NCBI GenBank assembly: GCA_965243135.1
Contig: OZ251539.1
Span: 4,064,001 to 4,128,000 of the forward strand
Length of the DNA: 64,000 bases
Origin: Alphaproteobacteria bacterium
GTDB lineage: Bacteria > Pseudomonadota > Alphaproteobacteria > MPNO01 > UBA830
Direction: 5' to 3'
In this document: piece by piece, positions 18,445 to 28,974 of the stretch
Layout of the letters: every line of letters starts with the position of its first letter
Numbering within the stretch: the stretch's first letter is position 1
Translations under genes and position numbers: made by a program
The notes under the pieces: generated by a model
What the model was told of the DNA's origin: nothing
Database searches by the model: none
Seen by the model: the letters and a program-made list of their open reading frames with translations, nothing else

Positions 18445-21400
18445 TGCCACTCGCGGATCGGGTTCAGGTTTCACGGCGCTTCCAGCGGGCGGTTCGGATC
18501 GATACCGATTTCGGGGACGCTCTCGAAGGATACGTCTGTCCCCGATCGTCAACCAACGTTCTTGAAAACATGGCGCACCAGGTTTCCGAAAGCGGACAAG
18601 GCGCCTTCACCTGGACCGGGCCTTACGGCAGCGGCAAATCGAGTCTCGCGGTCGCCTTCGGCGCCGTCCTCGGCGGCAAAATCCAGCCGGAGCCGATATT
18701 CGGCCGGGAAACGTCCGCGATCCTGAAGCATGCCTTTCCCCCCAGACCGGTTCTTCCGGTCGTAGGCCGGAGGGAGCGCCCGGCAACGGTGATCGGCGAG
18801 GCGCTCTCGAATCTGACGACCGGCCGGAAGCGGCGAAGCTGGACGGAAAAGCAGGCGCTCGACGCGATCGGAGACATTTCGACGCGCGGCCCCGGCCTTC
18901 TCGTGCTCATCGACGAAATGGGCAAATTCCTGGAAGCGGCGGCGCGCGACGGATCGGACATCCATATTTTTCAACAGTTGGCCGAAATCGCGTCGAGAAG
19001 CGGCGGACGTTTGATCCTCGTCGGCATTCTGCATCAGGCGTTCGAGGAATACGCGCATCGGCTGTCGAGAGAAATGCGAAGCGAATGGTCGAAAATCCAG
19101 GGCCGTTTCATGGACCTCGCCGTCAATGCCGGCGGCGAAGAGCAGATCGACCTGCTCGGGCGCGCGATCGAAAGCGACCGCACGGCGGAACCTGCCGGCG
19201 CGCTGGCCGAAGGCGTCGCTCGCCTCTCCCGAAACTCCACGTCTCCGCATCTGGCCAAGACGCTGGAAGACTGCTGGCCGTTGCACCCAATCGTCGCATG
19301 CCTGCTCGGCCCCATATCGCGGCGGCGTTTCGGCCAGAACCAGCGCAGCGTATTCGGCTTTCTGAATTCCGCGGAACCCGAGGGATTTCAGGACTTCATT
19401 CTCAACGCGGGCGACGACGACCTCTACGGTCCCGATCGTCTGTGGGACTACCTCCGGATCAATCTCGAATCCGCCATACTCGCCTCGCCGGACGGACATC
19501 GCTGGGCGTTGGGGGTGGACGCCCTGGGCCGCTGCGAGGCGTTGGGGGGAGAAGCGCTGCATCTTCGTTTGCTCAAAACGGTCGCGATCGCGGATCTGGT
19601 CAAGGATCGCTCCAGACTGCCCCCGAGCGAGGAACTGTTGAAATACGCCGCATACGATTGCGAACGGCGGAAAATCGACGGCGCCTTGGAGCAGTTGCAA
19701 CAATGGTCTCTGATCGTCTTCCGGAAGTTCGCGGACGCTTATTCGCTCTTCGAGGGCAGCGACTTCGATATAGAGCGCGCAGTGGAGCAGGCGTCCGAGA
19801 GCGAGGTCGACTTCGAAGCGCTCAATTCGATGGCCCGCCTTCAACCGATCGTGGCCAAGCGGCACTATCACGAGACAGGCGCGCTTCGTTGGTTCGACGT
19901 ACGCATCGTCTCTTTGGCGCGATCCGAGGAGGAAGCCGTTGGCTATCAGCCGCGCAACGGCGCCATCGGAGCCTTCTTTCTCGCGATCCCGACGCAAGGC
20001 GAAGCCGAAGACGAGGCAAATGCGATTTGCCGCCGGATCGCCAAACGCAGCCGGGATATGGCGATCGTCGTCGGACTGTCGCGGCACAGCTGGAGCGTCC
20101 CCGCCTCGGCGATCGAATTATTGGCGCTTGAACGGGTGCGCGACGAGTCCGTCGAACTTCAAGGCGACCGCGTAGGTCGGATCGAGGTTCAAGCGCGCAT
20201 AGCAGGGCTGCAGGCACAGCTCGAAACCGAGCTGGAACGCGCCTTCGACCGCGCCTCCTGGTTCCACGGAGACGCCGGAGCAAGAACGCTCAGGCAGGCG
20301 GATCTCAACAGCTTCGCGTCCGATCTCGCCGAAGATATGTTTCCCTGCGCACCGCATCTTCCTAACGAGCTTCTCAACCGGACGAAGCCATCGAGCAGCG
20401 CAAGCGCCGCTCGCAACTCTCTACTGAAGAGAATGGTTCAAAAGGAAGGAGAGGAACGTCTGGGCATCGACGGTTATCCTGCCGAGCTCGGGCTTTTTGC
20501 ATCCCTGCTGGAGGCGACGAAACTGTATCGTCCGGCTGGGGATGCATGGCAATTTACCCCCCCCCCCCCCCCCAGAAAATGACGATTCTCATAACCTAAG
20601 CCTCGCGTGGCACGCGGTTGAATCCTATTTGAAATTAGAAACTCGCCGCGCAGTATCCCTAAGCGAGATATATTCAGTTTGGCGGCGTCCGCCTTTCGGA
20701 ATCAAAGACGGGCTGTTGCCCGTCCTGGCGGTGGCGTTCATTCTGTCTCGGCGAAAAATATTGGCGCTCTATCGCGAAGGGATATTCCAACCCCGCCTAT
20801 CGGAGCTCGACGTAGACTATATCCTCGGGGATCCGGCCGACATTCAATTGCGCTGGATGACGCTGTCCGAAACGTCGCGTCGTCTTCTGTCCGACATGGC
20901 CGAGGTCGTGCGCGAACTCGACAGCGAAAATGCGCTCAACGATCTTGAGCCTATCGACGTCGCCAGAGGTCTGGTGACGATCTACGATCGGCTGCCGCCT
21001 TGGGTCGGACGTACCCAGCGCCTTTCGCCCAACGCGAAACACATCAGAACGTTGCTGAAGAAGGCGAACGATCCCAACCGGCTTATCTTCGACGACATTC
21101 CAAGCGTATTGAGCGACGGCAAGAACGGTTCCGTCGAACGCGTCGCCAGCCGGGTCGGAGAAGGCCTGACGGAACTGCAAAAAGCATTTCCGGCGATGCT
21201 GTCCAGGATGAGAGAAATTTTGCTGGCGGAATTGGAGGTTCCGTACGCTTCGCCGCCGATGCTGGCGGAACTTCGGGCGCGTGCGGAGAACGCGCTCGAC
21301 CTTGCGGGGGATCATCGATTGCGGGCCTTTATCGTCCGTCTTTCGCGTTTCGAGGGGAAAGACGAAGATATGGAGAGTCTCGCGAGCATGGCCATCAACA

Positions 21401-21762
21401 AGCCGCCGCGCGACTGGGTCGACCCCGATATCGACCGCGCCCTCATCGCGCTGGCCGAAATGGCCCAACGTTTCGTGCGCCTGGAAGCGTTCGCCCATGT
21501 CAATGGGCGCAAGGACAAGAGGCACGCGATGGCCATGGTCGTCGGTCTGGACGGGCGCCCGGCGACGCTGCATGCCGAATTCGACGTCACCGATCTCGAC
21601 CGGCCCGGCGTCGAGTCGCTGCTCGATCGCATGGCATCGACATTAAAGGACAGCGGCGAGGAACGGCGCAACGTGATCCTGGCGGCGCTGTCCGAATTAA
21701 GCGCTCAATACCTGCAAACTTCCGGAAACGCCCATCGGCCGATGGAGCGGACCCTCACATGA
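18444..21762 (+). CDS. large P-loop ATPase (SspC-like), split by a +1 frameshift at a C17 tract
   Basis: RRFQRAVRIDTD, Walker A GPYGSGKS, Walker B LIDEMGK, WPLHP, FGQNQRSVFGFL; upstream ORF stops at 20582 just after C17; the downstream frame continues (PPFGIKDGLLPV) to 21762; removing one C gives 1105 aa. Confidence 0.8.
20557..20573 (+). repeat. C17 homopolymer tract (candidate contingency repeat)
   Basis: 17 consecutive C, directly counted; the only such long run I saw in the window. Confidence 0.9.
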
Positions 21763-22589
21763 CGGAATGGCATGTCCTGGGGCTGTCGGGCGGGCGCGAC
21801 AGCGCCGCTCTCGCCGTCCATATGCGCGAGACGCATCCGGAGATCGACATCGAGTACTTTTTCACGGACACCGGAAAGGAGTTGCCGGAGGTCTACGAGT
21901 TCCTGGTGAAGCTGGAAGGCTTTCTGGGCAAACCGATCGTCCGCCTCAATCCCGACCGCGACTTCGATTTCTGGCTGAAGCGCTACAAGAACTTCCTGCC
22001 GTCGCCCCAATCCCGATGGTGCACGCGGCAACTGAAGCTTCGGCCTTTCGAGAACTGGATCAGATCGGCTCTGGATAACGGGACGAAGGTTTTCAGTTAC
22101 GTCGCCATTCGGGCGGACGAAGAATACAGGGAAGGTTACGCCGCGACGCACGCGGGGCTAAGCGTCCGGCTCCCCCTGAAAGAGGCAGGCGTCGATAAGT
22201 CCGGGGTATTGGAAATACTGGAAGGGGCCGGTCTGGGCTTGCCGGAGTACTACCGCTGGCGCACTCGCAGCGGGTGCACGTTCTGCTTCTTTCAACAAAA
22301 AATCGAGTGGGTTCGACTAATGGAACAGCACCCCGAGTATTTCGAAGAAGCCAAGCGCTACGAGAAAACCGCCGTCGAAAACGGTTCTCCCTTCACCTGG
22401 AGTCAGGGGGAATCGCTCAATGACTTGTCTCAACCCCAGCGGATCGCGCAAATCAAAGAAAATCACCAACGCCGGGTCGAAAGAATGCGCGACCGAATTC
22501 AGCTGAATCCGCTTCGGCCGGATAGAGAGCCAGTAGATATGGATGAAATCTACGGCAAGGCGAAGGCTTGCTTGGCGTGCCACAAATGA
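21759..22589 (+). CDS. PAPS reductase family protein (SspD/DndC-like)
   Basis: PP-loop LSGGRDS, FTDTGKELPE, RWCTRQLK, RSGCTFCFFQ, C-terminal CLACHK; ATGA overlap with the ATPase stop. Confidence 0.88.
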   Translation: MTEWHVLGLSGGRDSAALAVHMRETHPEIDIEYFFTDTGKELPEVYEFLVKLEGFLGKPIVRLNPDRDFDFWLKRYKNFLPSPQSRWCTRQLKLRPFENWIRSALDNGTKVFSYVAIRADEEYREGYAATHAGLSVRLPLKEAGVDKSGVLEILEGAGLGLPEYYRWRTRSGCTFCFFQQKIEWVRLMEQHPEYFEEAKRYEKTAVENGSPFTWSQGESLNDLSQPQRIAQIKENHQRRVERMRDRIQLNPLRPDREPVDMDEIYGKAKACLACHK

Positions 22590-24199
22590 TGTCCGCTAGT
22601 TCAACACAACCCGGGCTTTCGCCGGAACGGATTTTCGAAGCCCTCGACGATGATCAGGCAACGCGCATTCTGCCCGGTGGCGCGTTCAAACTGATCCGTG
22701 AACTCGCCCCGGACCGGATCTCGGGGCAGAGGCGCGCCGAAACGTTGGGGAACATGTTGTCTCTCGAATCGGCCGTGGACGATCCAGATCGAAGGAGCGT
22801 TCTTTTGGATGCCGTACCCAACTTCAAGATAGCCGAGCTCGAAGAGAGAACCGAAACAGATATCGTGACGCTGCGGCGAAAACTGGATTTGGAGAAGTCG
22901 GTTCGACGGGCGCTTCTGGGTTTCTTCGGCGCTCCCACGTTCGACGAAGTGCCTGCCGACTCCCGCGGCGATGCGATGGCGGTGGAACCGGCGCGGGGCT
23001 TGTTCCCCCACCAGAAGCGCGTCGCGAGCGCCGTGGAGAAACATCTGCATTCCGGAGAAGGACGCGCCATGCTGCACCTTCCCACGGGTGTCGGTAAAAC
23101 GCGGGTCGCCATGAGCATCGTCGCCTCGCACCTTCGGACTCGCCCGGGGCTGGTACTGTGGCTGGCTGCCACTCGGGAACTTCTGGAGCAGGCAGCGGAA
23201 GAGTTTCGGGCAATGTGGCAGGTCGTTGGAGACCGCCCGATCGATTGCCTTTGCTTCTGGTCGCACCACGATCCGCCCATCGAAGAAGCAGAGTCCGGTA
23301 TCGTCATCGCTGGCTTGGCTAAGCTCCACTCTTACGGAAGAGAGAGGAAGCGGCTGTGGAATCTCGGCAATCGAACCTCGATGATGGTGTTCGACGAAGC
23401 TCACCAAGCTGTCGCCGAGACCTATCAGGACCTGGTCGAAACGATCGTCACCCGAAATCCTAGAACGCCGCTTCTCGGACTCAGCGCAACGCCGGGTCGC
23501 ACATGGGACAACCCCGCGATCGACGCGGCTGTCGCAACATTGTTCCAGGAAAACAAGGTTACGATGGATTTCTTGGGGAAAAACCCGATCCGGCACCTCA
23601 CGGATGAAGGCTACCTCGCCGAAATCGATTTCTCGCTATTGAACGTCAAGCCAGGATTGCGACTTTCGCCCGACGATCTTGCGGAGGTATCAGCCTCGCT
23701 GGATATCCCGGCCGGCGTCGCCGTCAGGCTAGGCGAGGACGAGCAGCGAAATCTCCGCATTGTTCAGAGATTGCTGCAACTGTCGGATGCGCATCGGCGC
23801 ATTCTGGTTTTCGCCGCCTCGGTTGCCAACGCGACGCTTCTAGCAGGTATATGCAAAGGCATTGGGCTTGAAGCCGACGCCGTCACCGGCAAGACAGCCC
23901 CGGCATTGCGCGAGCATGTGATTCAGCGGTTCAAGCGGTCGAGCGGTCCTCACAGGGTGTTGATAAATTACGGCGTGCTGACGACAGGGTTCGACGCCCC
24001 TGCAGTAAGTGCTGTGCTCATCGCAAGGCCGACAAAGTCTTTAGTTCTATACAGCCAGATGGTGGGACGGGCAATCCGCGGACCATTGGCTGGAGGGACG
24101 GAGCGCTGCGAAATCGTAACGGTAATCGATACGAACCTGCCGGGCTTCGGTGACGTGGCCGAGGCATTCACGAATTGGGAAGATGTCTGGAGTTGCTGA
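22586..24199 (+). CDS. DEAH-box SF2 helicase (ResIII-like)
   Basis: LPTGVGKT, FDEAH, GLSATP, TTGFDAP, QMVGRAIRG; ATGA overlap with the upstream gene. Confidence 0.9.
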   Translation: MMSASSTQPGLSPERIFEALDDDQATRILPGGAFKLIRELAPDRISGQRRAETLGNMLSLESAVDDPDRRSVLLDAVPNFKIAELEERTETDIVTLRRKLDLEKSVRRALLGFFGAPTFDEVPADSRGDAMAVEPARGLFPHQKRVASAVEKHLHSGEGRAMLHLPTGVGKTRVAMSIVASHLRTRPGLVLWLAATRELLEQAAEEFRAMWQVVGDRPIDCLCFWSHHDPPIEEAESGIVIAGLAKLHSYGRERKRLWNLGNRTSMMVFDEAHQAVAETYQDLVETIVTRNPRTPLLGLSATPGRTWDNPAIDAAVATLFQENKVTMDFLGKNPIRHLTDEGYLAEIDFSLLNVKPGLRLSPDDLAEVSASLDIPAGVAVRLGEDEQRNLRIVQRLLQLSDAHRRILVFAASVANATLLAGICKGIGLEADAVTGKTAPALREHVIQRFKRSSGPHRVLINYGVLTTGFDAPAVSAVLIARPTKSLVLYSQMVGRAIRGPLAGGTERCEIVTVIDTNLPGFGDVAEAFTNWEDVWSC

Positions 24200-24200
24200 A

Positions 24201-26075
24201 ATGGACCAACAACAGGAATTTGATTTTTCGATCGTCTCGGCCAAGCTCACGATCGAGGCCATGCGCGATAGCGGATACAAGGATACGGATCATGCGATTA
24301 CGGAACTTATCGATAATTCCGTAGAAGCGAAAGCTGACACCATCGAGATCATCGCTGTCGAGACTCCTCCAGAGCACGGCCAATTCTTTGCACGCTCCAA
24401 AGTGACTGAAATCGCCGTGGCTGACAATGGTCATGGAATGGATGAAGTTACGCTTAGGCGAGCGTTGAAGTTCGGCGATGGGACGAAACTTGATCGCATG
24501 AATCGTGGAATAGGAAGATTCGGTATCGGCCTACCACAATCCTCGATTTCTCAGTGCAAGCGCGTTGACGTCTGGACATGGCAAAATGGGCATGACAATG
24601 CCATCCGTTGTTATCTCGATATCGATGAAATCAAAACTCAGAATCGCTCGATCGTGCCGGACGCATTCCCGGATGCAGTTCCTGAACGGTGGCGATCAAT
24701 CGCGGGGAGCACATCCGAATCTACAGGAACGTTGGTCGTATGGAGTAAACTGGATCGCGTCAAATGGAGTGGCGGACAAAAAACCCTTGAGCGGACCGCA
24801 GAGCATTGTGGCCGGGTTTACAGAAAATTTCTGGACGGTCAATCCAATAAAATCTCTATTGATCTTGTGCTTGCCTTCGACGCAGACGGTACATTGGAAC
24901 AGACTTCATCACAGCAGTGCTATCCTAACGATCCTCTTTATCTTATGAATAATACCTCTACACCTAAGCCTTTCGATAATATCCCCATGTTCGAAAAATT
25001 TAATGAACGCAGATGGGAGGTGCCGGCGGCTGGTGTGCAAGGCAATCTTCGTGGCGAAATTAAAGTTGTATGTTCGCTTGCTCGTCTTGACGCAATTAAT
25101 CAAACTAAATCTACAATCACATGGCCATCTACGCACTATAATCCCGGAAGTTCGCCGTGGGGCAAACACGCGAATCGCAACAAAGGAGTTTCTATCGTCC
25201 GTGCCGGTAGGGAGTTGGAAATGAGCCTCGCTTGGGTAAATAACTACGAACCAGAGGAGCGGTGGTGGTCAGTAGAAGTCGAATTCGATCCATTACTCGA
25301 CGAATTATTTGGGGTAGTAAACAACAAGCAGCACGCTCACGCTTTCGTCAATGGCGCTGGTTTCGATTATACAGCACATATTTTTGATGGTGAAACACAA
25401 GGTGCTTTTCTAGAGAGGCTGCAAGAAACTGAAGACGATAGTCGTTATTTAATTCCGGTTTGGCAATGGATAGATAATCAGATTAAAGCGATGCGAAATG
25501 AGTACGATAAGAGGAAGGAAGGTACACGAACACGTCACCCACATCCGCAGACGGGTGAAGAAGTCGAAGACGTCGCGACAAAGATCATCAAAGAACAAGC
25601 AGAAAAAGGAGAAAAAGGCGACAGCGACAACGCTCCCGAAACGAGCCTTGAAGAAAAGGTTAAAATGATAACCAACTCGGCAAAGCAGAAGCGGGTAGAC
25701 GAACCAACAGCGGAGGAATGGGCAAGAGAAGTTATCGAAAGCGGGCGACGGGTGTTAATGAAAGCTGTTACATTAGGGCACAAAAATGCATTCTTCACCG
25801 TCGAATCTGTGAACGACATTATCGAAGTCTGGCTCAATCACGAACACCCAGTTTATCATAATCTTATAGAAGGATTGTCTAAAGATTTTGAAGGTGCAAC
25901 GCAGGACGAGCTGGTAAAGCGGCTGAAAAATGCATCGTTTACCCTCAATATGATGTTGATAGCTTGGGCTCGGTACGAAGATAAAACTCCGAACAGACTC
26001 GAATGCACTCTTGAGGACATGAGAATGGATTGGGGTAGAGAAGCTCGAAAATTCCTAGAGTCCATCGAATCATGA
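24201..26075 (+). CDS. MORC-like GHKL (HATPase) ATPase
   Basis: MRDSGYK...ELIDNS, IAVADNGHGM, GIGRFGIGL; no histidine kinase H-box; visibly AT-richer than the flanks. Confidence 0.8.
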   Translation: MDQQQEFDFSIVSAKLTIEAMRDSGYKDTDHAITELIDNSVEAKADTIEIIAVETPPEHGQFFARSKVTEIAVADNGHGMDEVTLRRALKFGDGTKLDRMNRGIGRFGIGLPQSSISQCKRVDVWTWQNGHDNAIRCYLDIDEIKTQNRSIVPDAFPDAVPERWRSIAGSTSESTGTLVVWSKLDRVKWSGGQKTLERTAEHCGRVYRKFLDGQSNKISIDLVLAFDADGTLEQTSSQQCYPNDPLYLMNNTSTPKPFDNIPMFEKFNERRWEVPAAGVQGNLRGEIKVVCSLARLDAINQTKSTITWPSTHYNPGSSPWGKHANRNKGVSIVRAGRELEMSLAWVNNYEPEERWWSVEVEFDPLLDELFGVVNNKQHAHAFVNGAGFDYTAHIFDGETQGAFLERLQETEDDSRYLIPVWQWIDNQIKAMRNEYDKRKEGTRTRHPHPQTGEEVEDVATKIIKEQAEKGEKGDSDNAPETSLEEKVKMITNSAKQKRVDEPTAEEWAREVIESGRRVLMKAVTLGHKNAFFTVESVNDIIEVWLNHEHPVYHNLIEGLSKDFEGATQDELVKRLKNASFTLNMMLIAWARYEDKTPNRLECTLEDMRMDWGREARKFLESIES

Positions 26076-27028
26076 TCCTGCTTGGAGAGCAGGTTTCATC
26101 TCTTCTCGAATCTGCGAAGAAAAGCGCATTGATTGTTGCACCGTTCATGCGTTCGGAAGCGCTGTCTAGACTACTGAATCATGTTCCGAACGATGTTGAA
26201 ACCACGATTGTTACGCGGTGGAGATTGGCGGATTTGCTTTCGGGCGCGTCGGATCTTGGCGTCTACGATCTAGCCGACGCAATGAATGCCGATCTGTTAT
26301 TGCGGTCCAATTTGCATGCCAAGCTGTTCGCCGCGGATAACAAATGTTTGGCGGGATCGGCCAACGTTACTTTTTCGGCGCTCGGGTGGCTGAAACCAGC
26401 CAACCTCGAATTGCTGATTTCTGTGCGTCGAGACGACGCGCTTATAGTCGAGTTTGAACGAGAACTTAAAGCCGGAGCGGTTCGAGCGACCGTGGCGCAA
26501 AGGGACCAACTCCAGAATTCTCTCGATCAGCTCCAGAATTCGACCTATGTGATTTCACCGGCGGAGGACGGCACACGAGCAACAGGCTTGCTGAACTCGT
26601 ACTGGATCCCCCGAATCAAAAACCCGGAAGATCTCTACGCGGTCTACAGTGGCAATGCCGACGCGGGCCAACCGCTCTTGCGAATCATGCGAGATGAACT
26701 GGCCGGGATCGGGGCACCGTCGGGACTGGATGAAGAAGGATTCAGGGCGTGGGTGGCTGGAACGATTACCCAAACACCGTTCTTTGCTGCGCTCACGAAG
26801 CACTTCGAAGGACACGGCGAGGTGACCGAGGCCGAGGTCGCGAGCATCTTGCAGGAATTTGGTGAGGAGGCGCACAACGCCCGAGAAATGCTGGAAATTG
26901 TCGGGCGTTGGTTTACATATTTCTTGCGGGAGCCCCACGAGACAGCGAGAGATACCGTCAAGCTGATCAAGGCTAAACGTTTCGGGTCCGCTTGGGTGCA
27001 ACGAGGGAATTCGGCTGCATCCGACTGA
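26072..27028 (+). CDS. phospholipase D-superfamily nuclease-like protein
   Basis: IVAPF, LHAKLF...AGSANVT...NLEL: a single HxK/SxN PLD motif; ATGA overlap. Confidence 0.8.
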   Translation: MILLGEQVSSLLESAKKSALIVAPFMRSEALSRLLNHVPNDVETTIVTRWRLADLLSGASDLGVYDLADAMNADLLLRSNLHAKLFAADNKCLAGSANVTFSALGWLKPANLELLISVRRDDALIVEFERELKAGAVRATVAQRDQLQNSLDQLQNSTYVISPAEDGTRATGLLNSYWIPRIKNPEDLYAVYSGNADAGQPLLRIMRDELAGIGAPSGLDEEGFRAWVAGTITQTPFFAALTKHFEGHGEVTEAEVASILQEFGEEAHNAREMLEIVGRWFTYFLREPHETARDTVKLIKAKRFGSAWVQRGNSAASD

Positions 27029-27328
27029 ATGCACTTATCGATCGCTGCCGCACTCCGAGGAATTTGGTGCGCGGGTACCGGAAAAATGGCCGGCAACTGC
27101 GTCCGCCGCGTCCGGGACCCTACGGAGCGTTTCGGAAGGTCGCAGTCGCCGCGCGCCCATTCTCAAGGGCGCCATAGCTTGGTTCGACGGGCCGTTCCGC
27201 AGTTCGCGCGATCTCTTGGGCCTTGGCGATACGCAATCCGTCGTCGAGGATTTCATCGATATTCTCGGGAGGCTTCCGCGACCGCCAACCGCATTCTCTT
27301 CCGGATCGCAAGTTTCCCGACAAGCGCC

Positions 27329-27358
27329 TTGACACCTTCCAATCCGCTTTACGACAAT
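27329..27358 (+). promoter_or_regulatory. candidate sigma70 promoter for clpS
   Basis: TTGACA-N18-GACAAT. Confidence 0.45.
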
Positions 27359-27467
27359 GAACCGTCGCGGGAGGAGGAGCGGACAGGCATGCAGCCGTCG
27401 CGCCGTGCTGCCGCGCCTCCGACGCAAGCGGATTCGGACGAGCGATGATTCCAGGCTGGAGGTCCGA

Positions 27468-27767
27468 GTGAACGATACCGTCGTCGCGCCAACCGCCGAG
27501 ACGCGGACAAAACGCCCGCGTCTCTACAAGGTCGTCCTCGAGAACGACGACTACACGCCCCGGGAATTCGTCGTCCTCGTGCTCAAAAAGGTCTTTCGCA
27601 TGTCGGCGGAAGAAGCCTATCGCGTCATGATGACCGCCCACTCGAAGGGACTTTGCGTCGTCGCGGTCTATACGAAGGAAGTCGCGGAAGCCAAGGCGGC
27701 GGAAGCGACCGATCTCGGACGCCGTGCGGGCCATCCGCTCCTCCTGACGATCGAGCCCGAGGAGTAG
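27468..27767 (+). CDS. clpS: ATP-dependent Clp protease adaptor ClpS
   Basis: PRLYKVVLENDDYTPREFVV-VL, VMMTAH-KG, VAEAKA, PLLLTIEPEE; GGAGG RBS. Confidence 0.92.
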   Translation: MNDTVVAPTAETRTKRPRLYKVVLENDDYTPREFVVLVLKKVFRMSAEEAYRVMMTAHSKGLCVVAVYTKEVAEAKAAEATDLGRRAGHPLLLTIEPEE

Positions 27768-27929
27768 AGCGACGCTCCGGCGTCGCGGTGCGCCCTGCCT
27801 GCCCTGTCTCGTCCCGGCGCAAGCCGGAGGCAGAGTCCGGCCGAAGAACGGCCCGGCTCGCCCTCGTTCCGATTTTCCTTGCCGCCGCGCCGCCGGCCGC
27901 ATACCATCCTGCGCGGGAGACACGCCGAA

Positions 27930-28400
27930 TTGTTCACCTTGAGCCATACGATGCCGGTCAACGCTTCCGGGGGTCCGGCGCTCGCCCGTCGGCACCTCTG
28001 GCAAGGCCTGGTGCTGAAGGCGGAGAACCCGGTGCCCTTCCTGGAGGACATGACCGCCTGCACCGTCGTGGAGCGGAGCGAGAACGGGCTGCTGCGCGAC
28101 TTCACCCTTCGCGGCGAGAACATGCAGGAACGCGTCGCTTTCGAACCCGAGACGCGCGTCGTCTTCGAACGGACGAAGAGCTCCGCCATGGGCACGATCG
28201 TCAACGAGATCGTCGAGACGGAGGAGGACGGGCTGGCGCTGCGTTTCAGGTTTTCGCTGCAGGTCGACGGCATACCGCACGGCAGCGACGAGGAACGGGC
28301 CTATGCGGAACGGATGTCGCGGAGCTACTTCAAGGGCGTCGCCTCGACATTGGCCGAGATTCGCCGCCGCTTGACGGCCGGAGAACTGGAAACCACCTGA
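27930..28400 (+). CDS. SRPBCC/AtaL-like (DUF1857) protein
   Basis: PVN...LWQGLVLKAENPVPFL...C-VVER...R...E-V pattern. Confidence 0.7.
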   Translation: MFTLSHTMPVNASGGPALARRHLWQGLVLKAENPVPFLEDMTACTVVERSENGLLRDFTLRGENMQERVAFEPETRVVFERTKSSAMGTIVNEIVETEEDGLALRFRFSLQVDGIPHGSDEERAYAERMSRSYFKGVASTLAEIRRRLTAGELETT

Positions 28401-28422
28401 CCAACATGCGGAGGCTACGACC

Positions 28423-28974
28423 ATGACCGAACTGCGCCGGATAGGGGGACTGCATCACTACGCCTACCGCTGCCGCAACGCGGAGGAGACGAGAAGCTTC
28501 TACGAGGACCTGCTGGGGTTGCCGCTCGCGCACGTCATCAAGGCGGACACCGTGCCGAGCACGGGCGCGTCGGATCCCTACGTCCATCTGTTCTTCGAGT
28601 TCTCGGACGGAAGCTACATCGCGTTCTTCGATCTCGGAGACGAGACCGCATGCGCTCCGGATCCGAACACGCCGTCCTGGGTCAACCATTTCGCGATGCA
28701 CGTCGGCACCGTCGCGGAAGTGGAGCGATGGAAGGCGCGGCTGGAAGAAGCGGGCGTCGATGTCGTGGGAGTGACGGATCACGGCTTCGTCAAATCCATC
28801 TACTTCTTCGATCCGAACGGCATGCGGCTGGAAATCACCTGCGAGGTGACGGGCGAGGAAGCGCGGCGCGAGCATCGCGACCGCGCCCGCGCCGACCTCA
28901 AGGCCTGGACCGACGGAAGGCCGCCGCCGCCGACGAACTTCTACGGCTTCGCCCGGCGGGCGGCGAACGCCTGA
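28423..28974 (+). CDS. VOC (glyoxalase-like) family protein
   Basis: LHHYAYRC, FYEDLLGL, NHFAM, SIYFFDPNGMRLE. Confidence 0.9.
   Translation: MTELRRIGGLHHYAYRCRNAEETRSFYEDLLGLPLAHVIKADTVPSTGASDPYVHLFFEFSDGSYIAFFDLGDETACAPDPNTPSWVNHFAMHVGTVAEVERWKARLEEAGVDVVGVTDHGFVKSIYFFDPNGMRLEITCEVTGEEARREHRDRARADLKAWTDGRPPPPTNFYGFARRAANA

Noticed and set aside
16249-27028. Calling the island BREX type 4, Dnd or DISARM
   Set aside because: No PglZ/BrxL, no recognisable DndB/D/E, no DNA methylase or DrmB-type gene; the gene set fits an Ssp-like core better.
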